Notes: generated from the letters alone by a model not told the origin. Positions 27,652 to 40,900 are shown, numbered from the stretch's first letter. The stretch: 64,000 bases of DNA from a virus (IMGVR_UViG_3300042880_000288:1-64000), one strand, 5' to 3'. Numbers and translations: made by a program.

Positions 27652-30600
27652 ATGGCAGAGGATACTGGAATACCATTTAACCCATTAGATCCATTAGGAC
27701 CTGATGTTGGAAAGGTTGATTTACCTACTATTGACCCAATTGGATTAAGTCCTTTTGAAGGTGATAATATTAATGTGCCTACATTAGAGAATTATAAAAA
27801 TGTGTATGATATACCAGCTGTTAATATATTACCTCCTCAATCCAGATTAGTTAACCAAGCTCCTAATGTAAGACAACTTGCAACTGGAACAGTTCCTGGT
27901 AAGACACCATCTCCTGTTAAATCATCAGCTTCTGATAGAGCAATGGCATGGATGGCTAAATGGAAAGGTCAGAATGCTACTAGGAATGCACAGCCAAAAG
28001 ATAGTTTTGGTAGAATTTATTCTTACAAAGATGCTCCTAATGGAGATGCTTTTATGGAAAGATACCAAGCTTTTGGTCAAGAAAAATTTGATGAGTTAGG
28101 GTTCTCTCCAATTAGAAATAATGAAGCATTATATAATGACAATACTACTTGGTGGCAGAGACATAGTAGAATGATGACTAATTCTTTTTGGCCATTGTTT
28201 TTTAGAGGATTTGTTTCAGGACCAAAAAGTTTAGCTAAAGCTATGACAGGTGATTTTAGTGCTGATCCTGAAGAGGCAGACTTTTATGAAAGAGCTGCTG
28301 CAATTGGTCAAGATAGTACAGGTGGTTTTGGTTCTTTCTTTAATAATACAGCAATGAACTTTGGTTATACTGCAGGTATAATTACTGAAGCAATTGCAGA
28401 AGAAGGTATTGCTCTATTATTAGCTCCTGAAACTGGTGGTGCAAGTGTTGTAGCTGCTACAGCAAATAATATGAGAAAACTAGGTACTGTAGGAAAAACA
28501 ATATCTATGTCTAGAAAGTTACCAAATTTTGCTTCAAAAGGAATGAATCTTAATAGAGCTAGTAGAGCTCAAGCAGTAGCTAGATCATCTGCTGCTTATG
28601 GTAAAGTTTTAAATAATAGTATTAAAGGAATTGGTGGAACTATTAATGGATCTAGAGGTTTTTGGAATGCTGTAAGAACAAATAACATAGTAAAATTTCT
28701 TAACCCTTTAGACAATACAATTGATGCTATAGCTGGTGTTGGTAAAAATTTAGATAACCTTACAGGACTAGCTAAAAGTTATCAAGTTGTAAATAAAACG
28801 GCAGGTGGTTTATATAGAGACATGAGAGCTCTAAATATGGCTTTATCTGAAGCTAGACTTGAAGGTGGTTTAGTTCAAAATTCTACATATGAAAAATTAT
28901 ATAATGATTATTATATGAAGAATGGAGAAACTCCAGATGATGAGATGCAAAGAGCTATGTTACAACAAGCAATTGATGCTGGACAAGAAACATTACTTTG
29001 GAATGTTGCTCTTGTATATGGAACAAATAAAATTACATTCCCTAATATAATGGGACCAAAAGGAGGAATTAAAAACTTCTTAAGAAGCAAGACTGATGAT
29101 ATATTGAACTTAGATTCTAAGGTTGGTAAGATGGTTATTCGTAAGAATAAAGATGTTGTAAAAAAAGGTGGACTTAAAAATAAATACAAAGGTGAGTTTG
29201 TTGAATATAGTTTTAAAGAAACTTTAAAATCTTTTGCAAAAGATCCAATTAGAAAATCTGCAAAAGGTGCATTAGTATATCTTAAAGGAAACATTGCAGA
29301 AGGTTTACAAGAAAATGTTCAGGAAACATTATCAATGGGTCTTGAGAATTATTATGTAAATAAGTTTGAGTCAAATGCATTAAGAGCACATTTATTTAAT
29401 AGGGCAGCAACTGAATACTCTAAGGATAAATCTGAATATATATCTGAAGCATGGAAAAAATTTAATCCTTTTACATCAGAAGGTTTTGAAATATTTGCCT
29501 CTGGTGCATTAATGGGATTATTTGCTTCTCCAATAAATCAATCTGTTGAGTGGGCTTCTATAGCATATAATAAAAACTTTAATAAAGAAGAATACAATAA
29601 ATATATTGAAGCTAAATCAAATTATGCTAAAGGTGTAGCTGCTACAATGAATAGAATGTATTCAGATCCCCAAGCTTTCTTTGAATCAAAAATTTTCAAC
29701 TATGCCACACAAGATCAAATTTTTTCTGCTAAAAAGTTTGGTTCAAGAAAAATAGCTCTTGATGCTTCAGATGAAGCTATTGTAGATACTGTTACAGCAT
29801 TTTTAGAAACAGGTAACTATGATATGCTTAAGCACTACATAGGTGAATATAATAATATGACTGCTGAAGAGATTGAAGAAGATCTTGGGTTAGAAAAAGG
29901 CTTAGGTCAAAAATATAAAGATAGAGTTAATAATGTTTTAGATAAAGCAAATCAAATTGAAGAAACTTATAATGAGATCAATAAAAGATATCCATCTCCA
30001 ATTAATTTAGGTGACTATAAAAAAGGAACTGATGAATATAAACGAGCTGCCATATTTAACTCAGCATGGAACTTAGCAAAAAGGAATGCAGTCTTTTTAA
30101 ATAGTTCATACAAAGACTCTTTAGAAAGGATGTCTTCCATAGTTAATGCTGTATCTTCTGATCCAAGTTTATCTAAAACACTATCTGCAAGGGATATGGA
30201 GATGCTTACTAATGTCTCTAAAATGAAAAGTGAGAGAGACATGTTAAAGGCTGAAATTGATGCTGTAAAAGGTTCAGGAACCGCAAGCAGATTTGATTTA
30301 ACAGGGGCAGGTAAAAAACAGAAAAAACTTGATGCTTTAGATGAGTTCATTAAAGCTTATGATTACTTTCAAAATTATGAAGTATTTGATATTGAAGAAC
30401 AATTAGACTATCTTGAAGCTGAAGGAAAACTAAAAGATATAAAAGATAATGATGGTAATGCTTTATCTGAAAAAGATGCTAGAGAAGAGGCTAAGAAATT
30501 TTTGTTAGCTAAATTAAAAGTAGAACCTAAATCAGAAGAAGCAACTTTACAAGCAAAAACTAATTTAGAAACTGCTTATAAAAATTTCTTAAGAGCATCA

Positions 30601-33600
30601 GCTAATTTAAATGAGGGTACTTATTTTGAAGAGGGTGCTGATAAAGCATTTGAATTATTATTAGACCATTATAAACTTGGAAGAGAGTCTAATATTATGG
30701 CTGACTATATAAACTTACTCCATAATCCAAAAGAATTTGCTGAACATGTTGAAAGAAATTATGAATGGATGTCCCGTCTATATGAAAACAGACAAGACCA
30801 TTATGATAAACTAGTAAATAAACAACTTGCTCATATAGAACTTAATGCTATTCTTAATGCATTAGCTGATAGAAATGTATTCATATCTGAGGAAGATGCA
30901 ATAAATTTCTTGAGAAATCCAAGAATGATCCCTGAAGAATTTTTTGATAATACTAGAAAAGCAGTTATTAGAGAAGGTCATCCAGAGTATGAAGAACTTA
31001 GAACTTTATTTGTTATAGCCTCTGCTACTGCAATCAGAGGAGTTGCTGATCCTACAAATGAAGACTTAGAAAGAAACTTGGATTTCTTAGATGAAGAAAT
31101 GCAAAAAGAAATTGATGCATTACCTCAGATAGAAGTAAAAAGAGGAATCAAAAGTTTAGATACAATGGGAGATCCTTTTGTTGGTATTCAAGCTGTATTT
31201 GATCAATTAGGTAATGACCAATACATTGAAGTTTCTTATTTAGATGCGGCAGGTAAAGAACAAAAACAAATCTTTTATAAAAAAGATGATCAACTTTATT
31301 ATGATAATGATAAAGGTAACAAGGTAGAATTAGATGCTATAACAGCTCAATTTCTTGATGGAGATATCTATACATTAAAATTAGAACCAAAAGATCAAGA
31401 GGCTGTAAAAGAAATAAAAGAAAGGTATGCACAAAGAAGAATAGATTATATCAATAAGATGTCTGAAAAAGTTGCTAATACAGCAGCTGAAGAAGCACAG
31501 AATAGATTTATTCCTTTTACTAGTGCTACTCCATATGAAGATATGGATGTTGAATTAAGAGAACTTTTAGCTGGTGCCTACAATGAATATCTGGATGATA
31601 ATCCAGAGTTGATGGAGAAAGTTGTAGATTTAGATGATTATGCTTATGCTGAGGAAAGAGATTCTTTTATTAGAACAAATAGAATTGCAAAAGAAATAAT
31701 TGATAGATACAATAAAAAGAAATTAGCTGAACAAGCTACTACTCCAACTGGTGAGATTGAAGCACCTGTTATTGAGATAAATGGTCAAATGATTGACTTT
31801 GCTACTTTAACCGATGCTCAAATTAGAAACAAGATTAGATCTTTGACTAAAGCAGCTGACAAGTTAAGTGAAGATATAGAAGCTTTACCTGAAGATAAAA
31901 GAAATAAAGCTGATATAGAAAGATTAGCAAAGATGAGATTTAACATAAATCTTGCTGAAAAGTATCTAGCTAACAGAGTAAAAAATAACAGATCCGCAAA
32001 AATGGAGACTGTAAAAGATATTATCAATAGAGAGATCTTAAGGTTCCAAGATGGTATAACTAAAACTAGCAACAATAGTAAGTATGTAATTGATGATGAT
32101 TTATATACCCGTGTTACCACTGCTATTGAATCACTTAAGAAAGATGCATATAACTATAAGAATATCAATATAGTTTTAGCTGAGTTCAATAAAACAATCG
32201 GCCAAGGAAAATCAGTTGATGACTTTATAGCAGCTCTTAAAACAAGATTACCTATAGGTACAGATGGTATGAGTAAGTATGTATATAAAGTACTTGCCAG
32301 AAATTTAAAACAAGTTATTGAGCCAGAAGATCCTAAAGCTAAAAAATTATCTGCTGATGAACTAAAAAATTATTTAAAAGAACAGATCTCTGAACTTACA
32401 TATGAAGAAAGTAGAATAGGAGGTAACTATTTAGATGCTGAAATAAGAAAATTCCTTGATGAAGGTGAAGCTCAGTTTGATGAAACTAAGATTGATAAAG
32501 CTGCTTTTGATGCAATCTTTGGACCTAATTCAGTACTTGCTAAATTAAAAACTAGACAGGACAATGGTGAAATAAAAATCTATGCTAATAACATTAAGTT
32601 ATTTGATAAAGATTCTAAAATTGCTGGAGAGATTGACTTATTAATAGTTGATAGAGAAGGTGCTGTGTCTATAGTAGATATTAAATCAGGTAATAAAGAT
32701 AAGTGGTCTGGCTTTCATGATGCCGCTAATCCTTATTCTAAAAAGGAAACTTATTTATTACAACAAACAGCATATGCAAACATGTTTTATAACATGACCG
32801 GCATTATGCCAAAAGTTTATTTATTACCTATTGAAATTGAATCAGATCCAAATGTTGACTTAGATGAAAAAACAGGTCTACCAATTGGAGGTAAAATACT
32901 TACTGCAAAATATGCTACGTCTCCAGTACAGTTAGGTGAAAATTTAATTGTATTAGATCCTAATACTGCATATGGTGATGAAACAATTCAAGAAAAAGTT
33001 GATACATTGATTCCAAGAAAAGAATTTGTTCCTGCTGAACCTGCTACAACTCCATTACAAGAAGTAAGTGATGAAGAATTTCAAGATTTTGTTGATAATA
33101 GAAATGTATCACAAAGTAGACTAGATGATATCACCTATAAAATATCTAGAGGTATTGAACTTACAGAGAGAGAATTAGCAATCAGTCAAGAATTTGTAGC
33201 TGATATAAACTTTAAACTAATTCAATTAGCACAACAAGAACAAGAGAATCAAGTGGGTGATGATGCTGAATCTGCTACAGGAAAAGCTGTCTTAGATGAA
33301 GTAAGTAAAGCTCTTACTGAATCTGAAAAAGAAACCAGACAAAGAAACATTGATATATTAAATAGAAGAATAAGTATTCTAGAAAGTAGAGCTCTTGAAA
33401 ATGACAAAAGTTTAGGAGAACTTCAAGATACTCTTGGTTTTTTACAAAATATGTTAGACTCATCTGTTGAAATAGCTGGTCTTGAATTTGAAGCATTAAT
33501 GAATAGTGCTAATAGTTTGTATGAGTTAGCTAATAAATTAAAATCTGCTAAACAAGTAAAAAGGGGAGAAAAGATTAAAGCCAGAGCTGGTCAGTATGAA

Positions 33601-34995
33601 AAGGAAACTAAAGAGAAAGCACGTAAAATTACATTTAAAGAAGCTCAGTTTATTTTAAATACTGTTAGAAAAGTACAAGATGAAATAAGACAACTTGAAG
33701 AGATTAAAAAAGATTTGACTAATCAGATTAATTATTACAATAATCTAAAAACTGATCCATCAATGAGACTTATTAATAAGTCTGAGATTAATCAAAAGAT
33801 TGTTAAGGTTAAACGTAAGATATCTACAATTGAAAAATTAATAAATATCTTAAGAAATGCAATTAGAAAATCATTAGAATATCTTCAAGAGTATTTAAAA
33901 ATCTTTAATAAATATAATACTAAACTTGATAGATTCAGAAAAGATACCGGTTTCCAAGAATTATCAGCTGATGAAATTAGAGCATTGATTGATTCTTTAG
34001 ATCCAAATGATGTATCTACACTAGATAGATATCCTCAACTTAAAAAACAATTTGACACTCTTGTAGATAAAGTTAATAAATCCATGGATGATGTTGAGTT
34101 TACTGATGAAGTCATTCAAGTTGAAAGAGATAGATTAGAAGAATTAGTTGCTGCCCATAAAAAGTATAATGATCAATTAAGATACTTGCAAGAGTTATTA
34201 GAACCAGTTGCTGCTGATGCATTTTATGAAAGTCCTTTGTCTGATAAAAATGCACCTGATGCACCTAAACCAAAAACAGGTGGTACTCCTGCTCAACAAA
34301 GAATTCAAACTAGAATTGAAGAAACTAATAAAGAAATCCAAGATGCTAAAGATGATATGGGTGACACTGTAGGATCATTTAGTCTTAGTGATATAGAAGA
34401 AGCCCCTAGTGGACAACCTGCTGTTAAAACTGAAGGATTTAAAACTCTTTCAGATATGGTAGAAGCTGCTAATGATCTTATTGAATTAAATAAGATCTAT
34501 GATGTAATTACTGACTATACTTTAACAGTAGATGAGTTAGATCAACTATCAGATCTTATTGATCAGAGAACTGAAGCATTACAAACTAATACAGCAACTA
34601 TTACATATAATGAAAATAATATTTCAAAAGGTGATAGATTTATCGTAAAAAATGCTATATTTATTAATAAGGAAATTTTTGCAGAACCAGGAAATTCACT
34701 CTTTATAGAATCTGTTAATGAAAATGGAGTTACAGTATATAAAGTGTTGGGAGGTGAAACAGAAAATCTTACCTTTGAAGAATTAACTAATAATACAACT
34801 CTTGATAACATGTCAAACATCCCACAAGAAGAACCAGTAGTTCTATCTACAGAAGATAAAAATGTAATTAAATCTTCATTAGATGCAGCTAATTCAATTA
34901 CTACAGATGACTTAGATGCAGTTAAAGATTCAATTAAAAATAAATCAATGGATGATTTAGAGAATGATTTATTAGAAACTAATGTTTGTGAATAA
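27652..34995 (+). CDS. Giant ejection protein with PD-(D/E)XK nuclease domain and long coiled coil
   Basis: AGEIDLLIVD...SIVDIKSG...YLLQQTAYANM (D at 32635, DIK at 32677-32685, QQTAY at 32761). Gly/Ala-rich hydrophobic helices near the N-terminus and a heptad-rich region at about 33300-34250. Directly upstream of the vRNAP gene. Confidence 0.75.
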   Translation: MAEDTGIPFNPLDPLGPDVGKVDLPTIDPIGLSPFEGDNINVPTLENYKNVYDIPAVNILPPQSRLVNQAPNVRQLATGTVPGKTPSPVKSSASDRAMAWMAKWKGQNATRNAQPKDSFGRIYSYKDAPNGDAFMERYQAFGQEKFDELGFSPIRNNEALYNDNTTWWQRHSRMMTNSFWPLFFRGFVSGPKSLAKAMTGDFSADPEEADFYERAAAIGQDSTGGFGSFFNNTAMNFGYTAGIITEAIAEEGIALLLAPETGGASVVAATANNMRKLGTVGKTISMSRKLPNFASKGMNLNRASRAQAVARSSAAYGKVLNNSIKGIGGTINGSRGFWNAVRTNNIVKFLNPLDNTIDAIAGVGKNLDNLTGLAKSYQVVNKTAGGLYRDMRALNMALSEARLEGGLVQNSTYEKLYNDYYMKNGETPDDEMQRAMLQQAIDAGQETLLWNVALVYGTNKITFPNIMGPKGGIKNFLRSKTDDILNLDSKVGKMVIRKNKDVVKKGGLKNKYKGEFVEYSFKETLKSFAKDPIRKSAKGALVYLKGNIAEGLQENVQETLSMGLENYYVNKFESNALRAHLFNRAATEYSKDKSEYISEAWKKFNPFTSEGFEIFASGALMGLFASPINQSVEWASIAYNKNFNKEEYNKYIEAKSNYAKGVAATMNRMYSDPQAFFESKIFNYATQDQIFSAKKFGSRKIALDASDEAIVDTVTAFLETGNYDMLKHYIGEYNNMTAEEIEEDLGLEKGLGQKYKDRVNNVLDKANQIEETYNEINKRYPSPINLGDYKKGTDEYKRAAIFNSAWNLAKRNAVFLNSSYKDSLERMSSIVNAVSSDPSLSKTLSARDMEMLTNVSKMKSERDMLKAEIDAVKGSGTASRFDLTGAGKKQKKLDALDEFIKAYDYFQNYEVFDIEEQLDYLEAEGKLKDIKDNDGNALSEKDAREEAKKFLLAKLKVEPKSEEATLQAKTNLETAYKNFLRASANLNEGTYFEEGADKAFELLLDHYKLGRESNIMADYINLLHNPKEFAEHVERNYEWMSRLYENRQDHYDKLVNKQLAHIELNAILNALADRNVFISEEDAINFLRNPRMIPEEFFDNTRKAVIREGHPEYEELRTLFVIASATAIRGVADPTNEDLERNLDFLDEEMQKEIDALPQIEVKRGIKSLDTMGDPFVGIQAVFDQLGNDQYIEVSYLDAAGKEQKQIFYKKDDQLYYDNDKGNKVELDAITAQFLDGDIYTLKLEPKDQEAVKEIKERYAQRRIDYINKMSEKVANTAAEEAQNRFIPFTSATPYEDMDVELRELLAGAYNEYLDDNPELMEKVVDLDDYAYAEERDSFIRTNRIAKEIIDRYNKKKLAEQATTPTGEIEAPVIEINGQMIDFATLTDAQIRNKIRSLTKAADKLSEDIEALPEDKRNKADIERLAKMRFNINLAEKYLANRVKNNRSAKMETVKDIINREILRFQDGITKTSNNSKYVIDDDLYTRVTTAIESLKKDAYNYKNINIVLAEFNKTIGQGKSVDDFIAALKTRLPIGTDGMSKYVYKVLARNLKQVIEPEDPKAKKLSADELKNYLKEQISELTYEESRIGGNYLDAEIRKFLDEGEAQFDETKIDKAAFDAIFGPNSVLAKLKTRQDNGEIKIYANNIKLFDKDSKIAGEIDLLIVDREGAVSIVDIKSGNKDKWSGFHDAANPYSKKETYLLQQTAYANMFYNMTGIMPKVYLLPIEIESDPNVDLDEKTGLPIGGKILTAKYATSPVQLGENLIVLDPNTAYGDETIQEKVDTLIPRKEFVPAEPATTPLQEVSDEEFQDFVDNRNVSQSRLDDITYKISRGIELTERELAISQEFVADINFKLIQLAQQEQENQVGDDAESATGKAVLDEVSKALTESEKETRQRNIDILNRRISILESRALENDKSLGELQDTLGFLQNMLDSSVEIAGLEFEALMNSANSLYELANKLKSAKQVKRGEKIKARAGQYEKETKEKARKITFKEAQFILNTVRKVQDEIRQLEEIKKDLTNQINYYNNLKTDPSMRLINKSEINQKIVKVKRKISTIEKLINILRNAIRKSLEYLQEYLKIFNKYNTKLDRFRKDTGFQELSADEIRALIDSLDPNDVSTLDRYPQLKKQFDTLVDKVNKSMDDVEFTDEVIQVERDRLEELVAAHKKYNDQLRYLQELLEPVAADAFYESPLSDKNAPDAPKPKTGGTPAQQRIQTRIEETNKEIQDAKDDMGDTVGSFSLSDIEEAPSGQPAVKTEGFKTLSDMVEAANDLIELNKIYDVITDYTLTVDELDQLSDLIDQRTEALQTNTATITYNENNISKGDRFIVKNAIFINKEIFAEPGNSLFIESVNENGVTVYKVLGGETENLTFEELTNNTTLDNMSNIPQEEPVVLSTEDKNVIKSSLDAANSITTDDLDAVKDSIKNKSMDDLENDLLETNVCE

Positions 34996-37900
34996 TGAAA
35001 ATTACTTGTGCTCTTAGTAAAGAACATTTACTAAAACTTGCTGCTGTTATATATAAAGATATTGAATCATACCAAGCAGAGAATAAAGCCTATGATGCCA
35101 GAGTTTTAATGAATCAGTTATATGATAAATTAAATAAAGCACAAGGTCAAGAAGTTGCCTTATCTTATATGCAACAGATGCCATTTTTAGTTGGTCAAAT
35201 TGCTTTTAAAGAAAGCACTGAGCTCATTGAAGATTTTGCTATTAATGATCTATTTAAGTTAAATAAAGAATTCAGAAATGAAGATTCTGGAGTTCAATCT
35301 TTATTAAATTTTTTTGGTAAGACAATTGATGCATCTACTCTAAAACTACTTGCAGATGCAGAGTTAAATAATCCTGTTGAGAATGATGGGCCACCAATTG
35401 CTGAAGAACCTCCAATAGAAAAATTTACTGATAAGAGATTAAAAGTTTTAGTTGACAATGCTATATCAACTACCTGGGAAGAGTTTTTAGAAATGGATCC
35501 TAATTTAAAAGTTGATGAAACAATAGAGAATGTAGATCCTGCTAAAACTACTGTATATAATACACTAGATAGACTTAGAAAGTTAACTTCTGGTGGAACT
35601 GCCTTAGATACTATAGTAATGGATGATAACAAGGTTAAACTTAGAGTTTGGTCTCTTAATGCATTTCCTCAAGACTTACTATATCAAAAGACAAAAGATC
35701 TTAAACAAAGAATAAATACATTTCAATCTGGTAAAGCTAAAGATCAAGGTGAAGTAAAACCGGTTACTGAACAATTCATGGTTGTTCTTACAAATGAAAA
35801 AGGTCAGATACTTTATTTTAATGAAGCAGGTGTTGTTACTCCTAAAGAAAATGGAGGTAAACCTGTTTATCAAATGCTAAGAGATGTTAGATTAGAGAAA
35901 GGTGGTGAGTATAGAGTTACAGATATATATGGTAGAGAGGATATGATCCTTGGTTCTGCTCAAACTGCTCAAGCAAGAGTAAAACAAATGGGTTATAAAT
36001 CCATTGATATGTTTGAAAAATCTGAAGGTGTTAAGTTCTCAGATTTTGTAAATCAAATTGAAGAAGAAAGACAAGCAAAGTTTAAAGAGTATTATGATTT
36101 TAGACAGTCCTTAATTGGAATGCCAGCTAATAGACAAATATTTTTACCACTTGTTGATGTAAGTAATGGTGTTAGAAATGGTAGAGTTAGACCAGGAACT
36201 ATGAACATCAATAACTTAAGATCCTTTACTCCTGAACAAGCTGAAGCTATACTACAATCAATTACATTATTAGATACTGATTATATTACTGAAGATAGAA
36301 CACTTAAAGCTAATACATCAGCTGTTCAAATTAATGGAGAAGTATTTGAAGTTGACAGACCAGATATATCAACTGATCTGGCTACAAAAATAGCTAAGGT
36401 GCTTACTTCTAAAGATCTAAGTATTACAAGTAAGTTGGACTTTGTTCAACAGTTTTTAGATAACGCATTAGATGAAGATGTTAGAAGACATTTTATAAAG
36501 TATGATGCTGACCAAAAAAAATTAAGATTTTTATATAGAACATATATAAATGCTCAGTTTAAAGAAATTAAAAAAACAAATCCAAAAGCTGCAAATACAT
36601 GGTTGGAAGTTGATTTAACTGGAGGCCCTGCAGCTGAAGCAAAAATTATTGAAGTTCTTTTGAAAGGTAAAGGAACTTTAAAAAAAGAGAATAATAAAAT
36701 TGTATTGGATAAGAACGGTATTCCTGAAGTGGGAAGATATTATCCAGCTAAAATTAAATACGATAAAGGTTTACTGCAAGACGGTACTTATTTTGATTAT
36801 ATAGAAGATCCAAATAAACCTGGAGAATATATGTTCAGTGTAGGTTCCTATAAAACAGGATTACTTCCAACAATGGATGCTAAAATTGTATTAGGAAAAT
36901 CTAAATCAATTCCTTTGTTTAATAGCTACATGATTTTTGCAATTCCAAATGCATTTTCAGAATCTATTGATCAAATTAAAGATGAGAATGAAATAAAAGG
37001 AGAGCCTTCAGAAATACGTAAGAAGTATAATGAGTTAGTAGATATATTAAAAAATTCTCCTGATCAAAATCCAAGTTTAAAAGCAACAGTTACTGAATTA
37101 GGAAAGATAACACAGACACCTACAGGTAATTATAGAAGTATTGATATTACAATTGAAGGTCAAGAAGGAACTTTTAGATTGTATAGAGTTGTAGATACTA
37201 GTGCTAAAGTTGGAGATGAGATAAGTTTAATACTTAGAGATATTGAAGTACAAGATGGTATGGGATATCCTAATACTATTGTAGGTGTAAGAGATTTTGA
37301 AGGTAGAAGATATGACTTTGGATTCTTACAAGACTCATTCCGTAGTAAAGAATATAATGAACCATCAAGACAACCTGTACCATTAAATACTGAAGCAATA
37401 GAGGAAGCTAAAGAAGAAGAAGAACTTGATGATATAACAGATACACAATCTGAAGTAGGTGAGAGTAAAGATATTCCAATAACTCCTATTGAACCTGGTA
37501 AAGGTAGTATAGGTAGAATACTTGATGAGGATCCGGGGTTTGTTCTTGATAGAAAAACATGGCTGAGTCAATCAGGAATTACTCAAGAGCAATTAAATAA
37601 TGCAAAAGATTGGTGGGAGAATTCATCTTCTGGTAAGCTTTTAAATAAATACATTGAACTCAGTGTAGCAGCAGATTTAGTTAACTCTGATGTATATGCA
37701 AAATTTATTGCTAAAGGAGCATGGCTTTTAGGTTATGCTGATTACAAATTACAGCCAGGTAAACTTGGAGTTATTGCTTTAAATCCCCGTAATGGTGGGA
37801 ACTATGTAGATGTTTATCATGAAGCTTGGCACGTATTTTCTCAGTTATTCATGACTAATGAACAAAGAGTTAAATTATATACAGAGTTTAGAAATTCAGA

Positions 37901-40900
37901 TCCTGCATACAAGGATATGTCCTTCTTTGAAATAGAAGAAAGACTAGCAGAAAACTTTAGAGAGTATGCAAGAAATCCTAAACCTGTTAAAAGTCAACCT
38001 GTTAGAAATACATTATTTAGAAAAATATTAAACTTCCTAAAACAATTATTCGGTAAGGTATCTCCAAAAGATATCATTGATCCAAATATAATGGAAATAG
38101 GAATGGTTAATGAATTGTTTGAAGCTCTTTATTTCAATAATGATAATGTATTAAATAAATTTTCTCCATCCGTAGATAATTTAAAATGGGATGAACTTGA
38201 TAGAGGAGTGGTTGTAAAAACAGAAGAAAAGAATTCTAAGGGTAAAAATATAAAAGTTGAAGTACTGAATGAACAAGATGGTAGAGCTCTTGCAAATACC
38301 ATTGATTCTGTACTATCTGAAATCATTGATGAAAGTTCTAAATTTTATAATAAAAAATCAGGAACTGTAAAAATCTTAACTGATTCCTATAATAAAGGTC
38401 TTGCTTATGATAAGGTTAGAAAGAAGTTCATAGAAGATATTAAACAATGGCAAAAAGAACTTCTTATTAAAGATGCTAAGTTTGATACCTATACCACTTT
38501 AGATCAATTAGATTCAAATGCCTTTGCTGTAATAAGAAGTAAAAAAGGTGATCATAAATATATTTTCTTAAGAGGTCAAGTTGAAAGTTTTAAAAATCTA
38601 ACAGCTGATACTAAACTTGGAGAAAGAGAGAAAGGAAAACTATACAAAGACAATATTGAAATTGTAGCAGATTACTTTGAACATGATTTAATTAAAGATA
38701 GAAAAGGAAGAGGAGCAAGTATAATAATTGTTGATAGTAGACAAGAAGCTGAAGATCAATTTAAAAATTATATTGAAATTGATCCTATTACTAACGAACA
38801 AAAGGCACCTTCAATACAATCAATTAAATTTAATGAAGATAGAGTTGCTGCAAGATTATTTACTCCAGAGCAACAACTTAAATTAGATAACATTAGAATC
38901 TATGAAACAGCACTTAAACACTGGGATTCTATTATTGCTCATCATGAAAATAACTCAACCTTTGATATAATTAAACAAAAATATATCTTACTTGAAGAAG
39001 ACCCAAGTACAAACTCATCATTAGATACTACAAGAGCTAATGAAACTAGGACTGGGGATAAACAAATTGGAGAGTTTACATTACAGGAAATGGCTAATAA
39101 AGAGACTGTATATATATTAAAAAGTCTCTTTAAGAAAGAAAAGAAAGGAACTGGTTATGTTAATGTATATGATAGATTTGGTAATAAACAATTAGCTGAT
39201 TTTAGAACAGTATGGAATGCCGTTGTAAGAGCCACCAATAGTGCAAAAGATCCTCAAAAAATATATGATGCACTTGTAAATGCTGCCAAGTTTTCTCCAG
39301 AACTACAACAGTTAATAGATTATAAGTTGCCTTTACCAAATCAAGTAAATCAATCTTCTTCTGAGTTTGATATTACTACTTCATTCTTTACTGATTTTAG
39401 TAGACCAAAAGTACCATATATTCAATTGTTAGCTTTTGATGATGGTGTAGAATTCTCAACTGAAGTAACAGATGCTGGTATAGATGTAAGTAAAACTTTA
39501 AAGATATTTGAGGCTAAGTTCCGGTCAGATAAAAATGATTCATACATTGAAAAAGATAATAATATATCCAGACTTAATTTAAATGCTGTATTGCAAAATT
39601 TTAGAAATAAAAATAGTGCAAATTTAATTCTTGATGAAGATAAAGCATTTAAGTTTCTTACATCCATTGGATTCTATTTTGATGATCTTACTGCTATTAA
39701 AGATGAATTAAAAGATTTCAATAATAGAAAGTATTATTATATACCAAGAATATTTGAAACAATCAAATTAGTACATGAAGCTAGTTTAGATCCTAACTTA
39801 TCTAAAGAAGGAAGAGAATTAATAAATAAGTTTAGAATGAGTCCATTGAGGGTATTAAGAAGTGGTATACCTGAAAATGTATTGGGTCAGAAAGATTCTT
39901 CTTTATACAAAAATGGGCTTTCACAAAAGACTATTGTTGATAGACTGCTTACATTACAAAGTAAATACGGTAAAACCGGATCTAATTTTAGTGTATTAAA
40001 TCCTGAAAGAAACAGAGTTAATTTACATACTGATGATAACACAGCAACAGTAATAGCTGATGCAATAAATCAAGTAAGTAATAAATCTGATATGTGGACA
40101 AAAACACAGTATAGATTATTAAATTCATTTAACCCTGCAGTTAATGCATTTACTAACAGGTCCCAAATAATGAAAGCTTTATTTGAGCCAAGTAATAAAA
40201 GAAGAACTGACAGATTTTTAGAAATTATTATGGTGGCTGGTACACAGCTTACATTAAATGATGTATTTTTATCAGGAACATCAACTACAAGTTTAGATGG
40301 CCAGGGTAAATTCTTACAAGATTTTCATACATTTCTTAAGTCAGGTTATTTAGAGTTTTTAAGACCAGGTTCTAAATCCTCTTCATTTGGATTCATCTTA
40401 CGTGGAGGTTTCCCTATTGATGTAAAAGGTATGGGTAAGAATAAAGAACAACATCTATATGCAGATATAGATGACTTCCTTACTGCAAACAATAAAGAGA
40501 CTGAAGTAATTGAAAGAATTATCCTACCATATCTTGCAGGTGAACTTGAAAGAATAAATAAATTCAAAGAAAACCCAAAAGCAAAAAATTATATAGGGTA
40601 TAATCAAAAAGTCACTGACTCAGGTAAGAGAGCTGGAGAAGAGTATGCAATATTTGAAGGTATACTTGATGATAAAACTAAATCAGACTTATTAGAAAAA
40701 ATAAACAACTCTGGTATAGATTTAATAAACTATCTTAAAAATGATCCTGATTTAAAATCTAGTTTGATTAAACAAATCAAAGGTTATTTTACTACTAGAA
40801 GTACTGATGTTTATAACAGATTAAATGAAGGTAAATATGTAGATCCTAAACTATATAATAAAGTACCTGGTGATTTGACTAAGTCAGAAAAAGAAAAAGT

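Noticed and set aside
27878-28099. 73-aa alternative-frame + ORF inside the 2447-aa gene
   Set aside because: An off-frame by-product with no motif or initiation signal.
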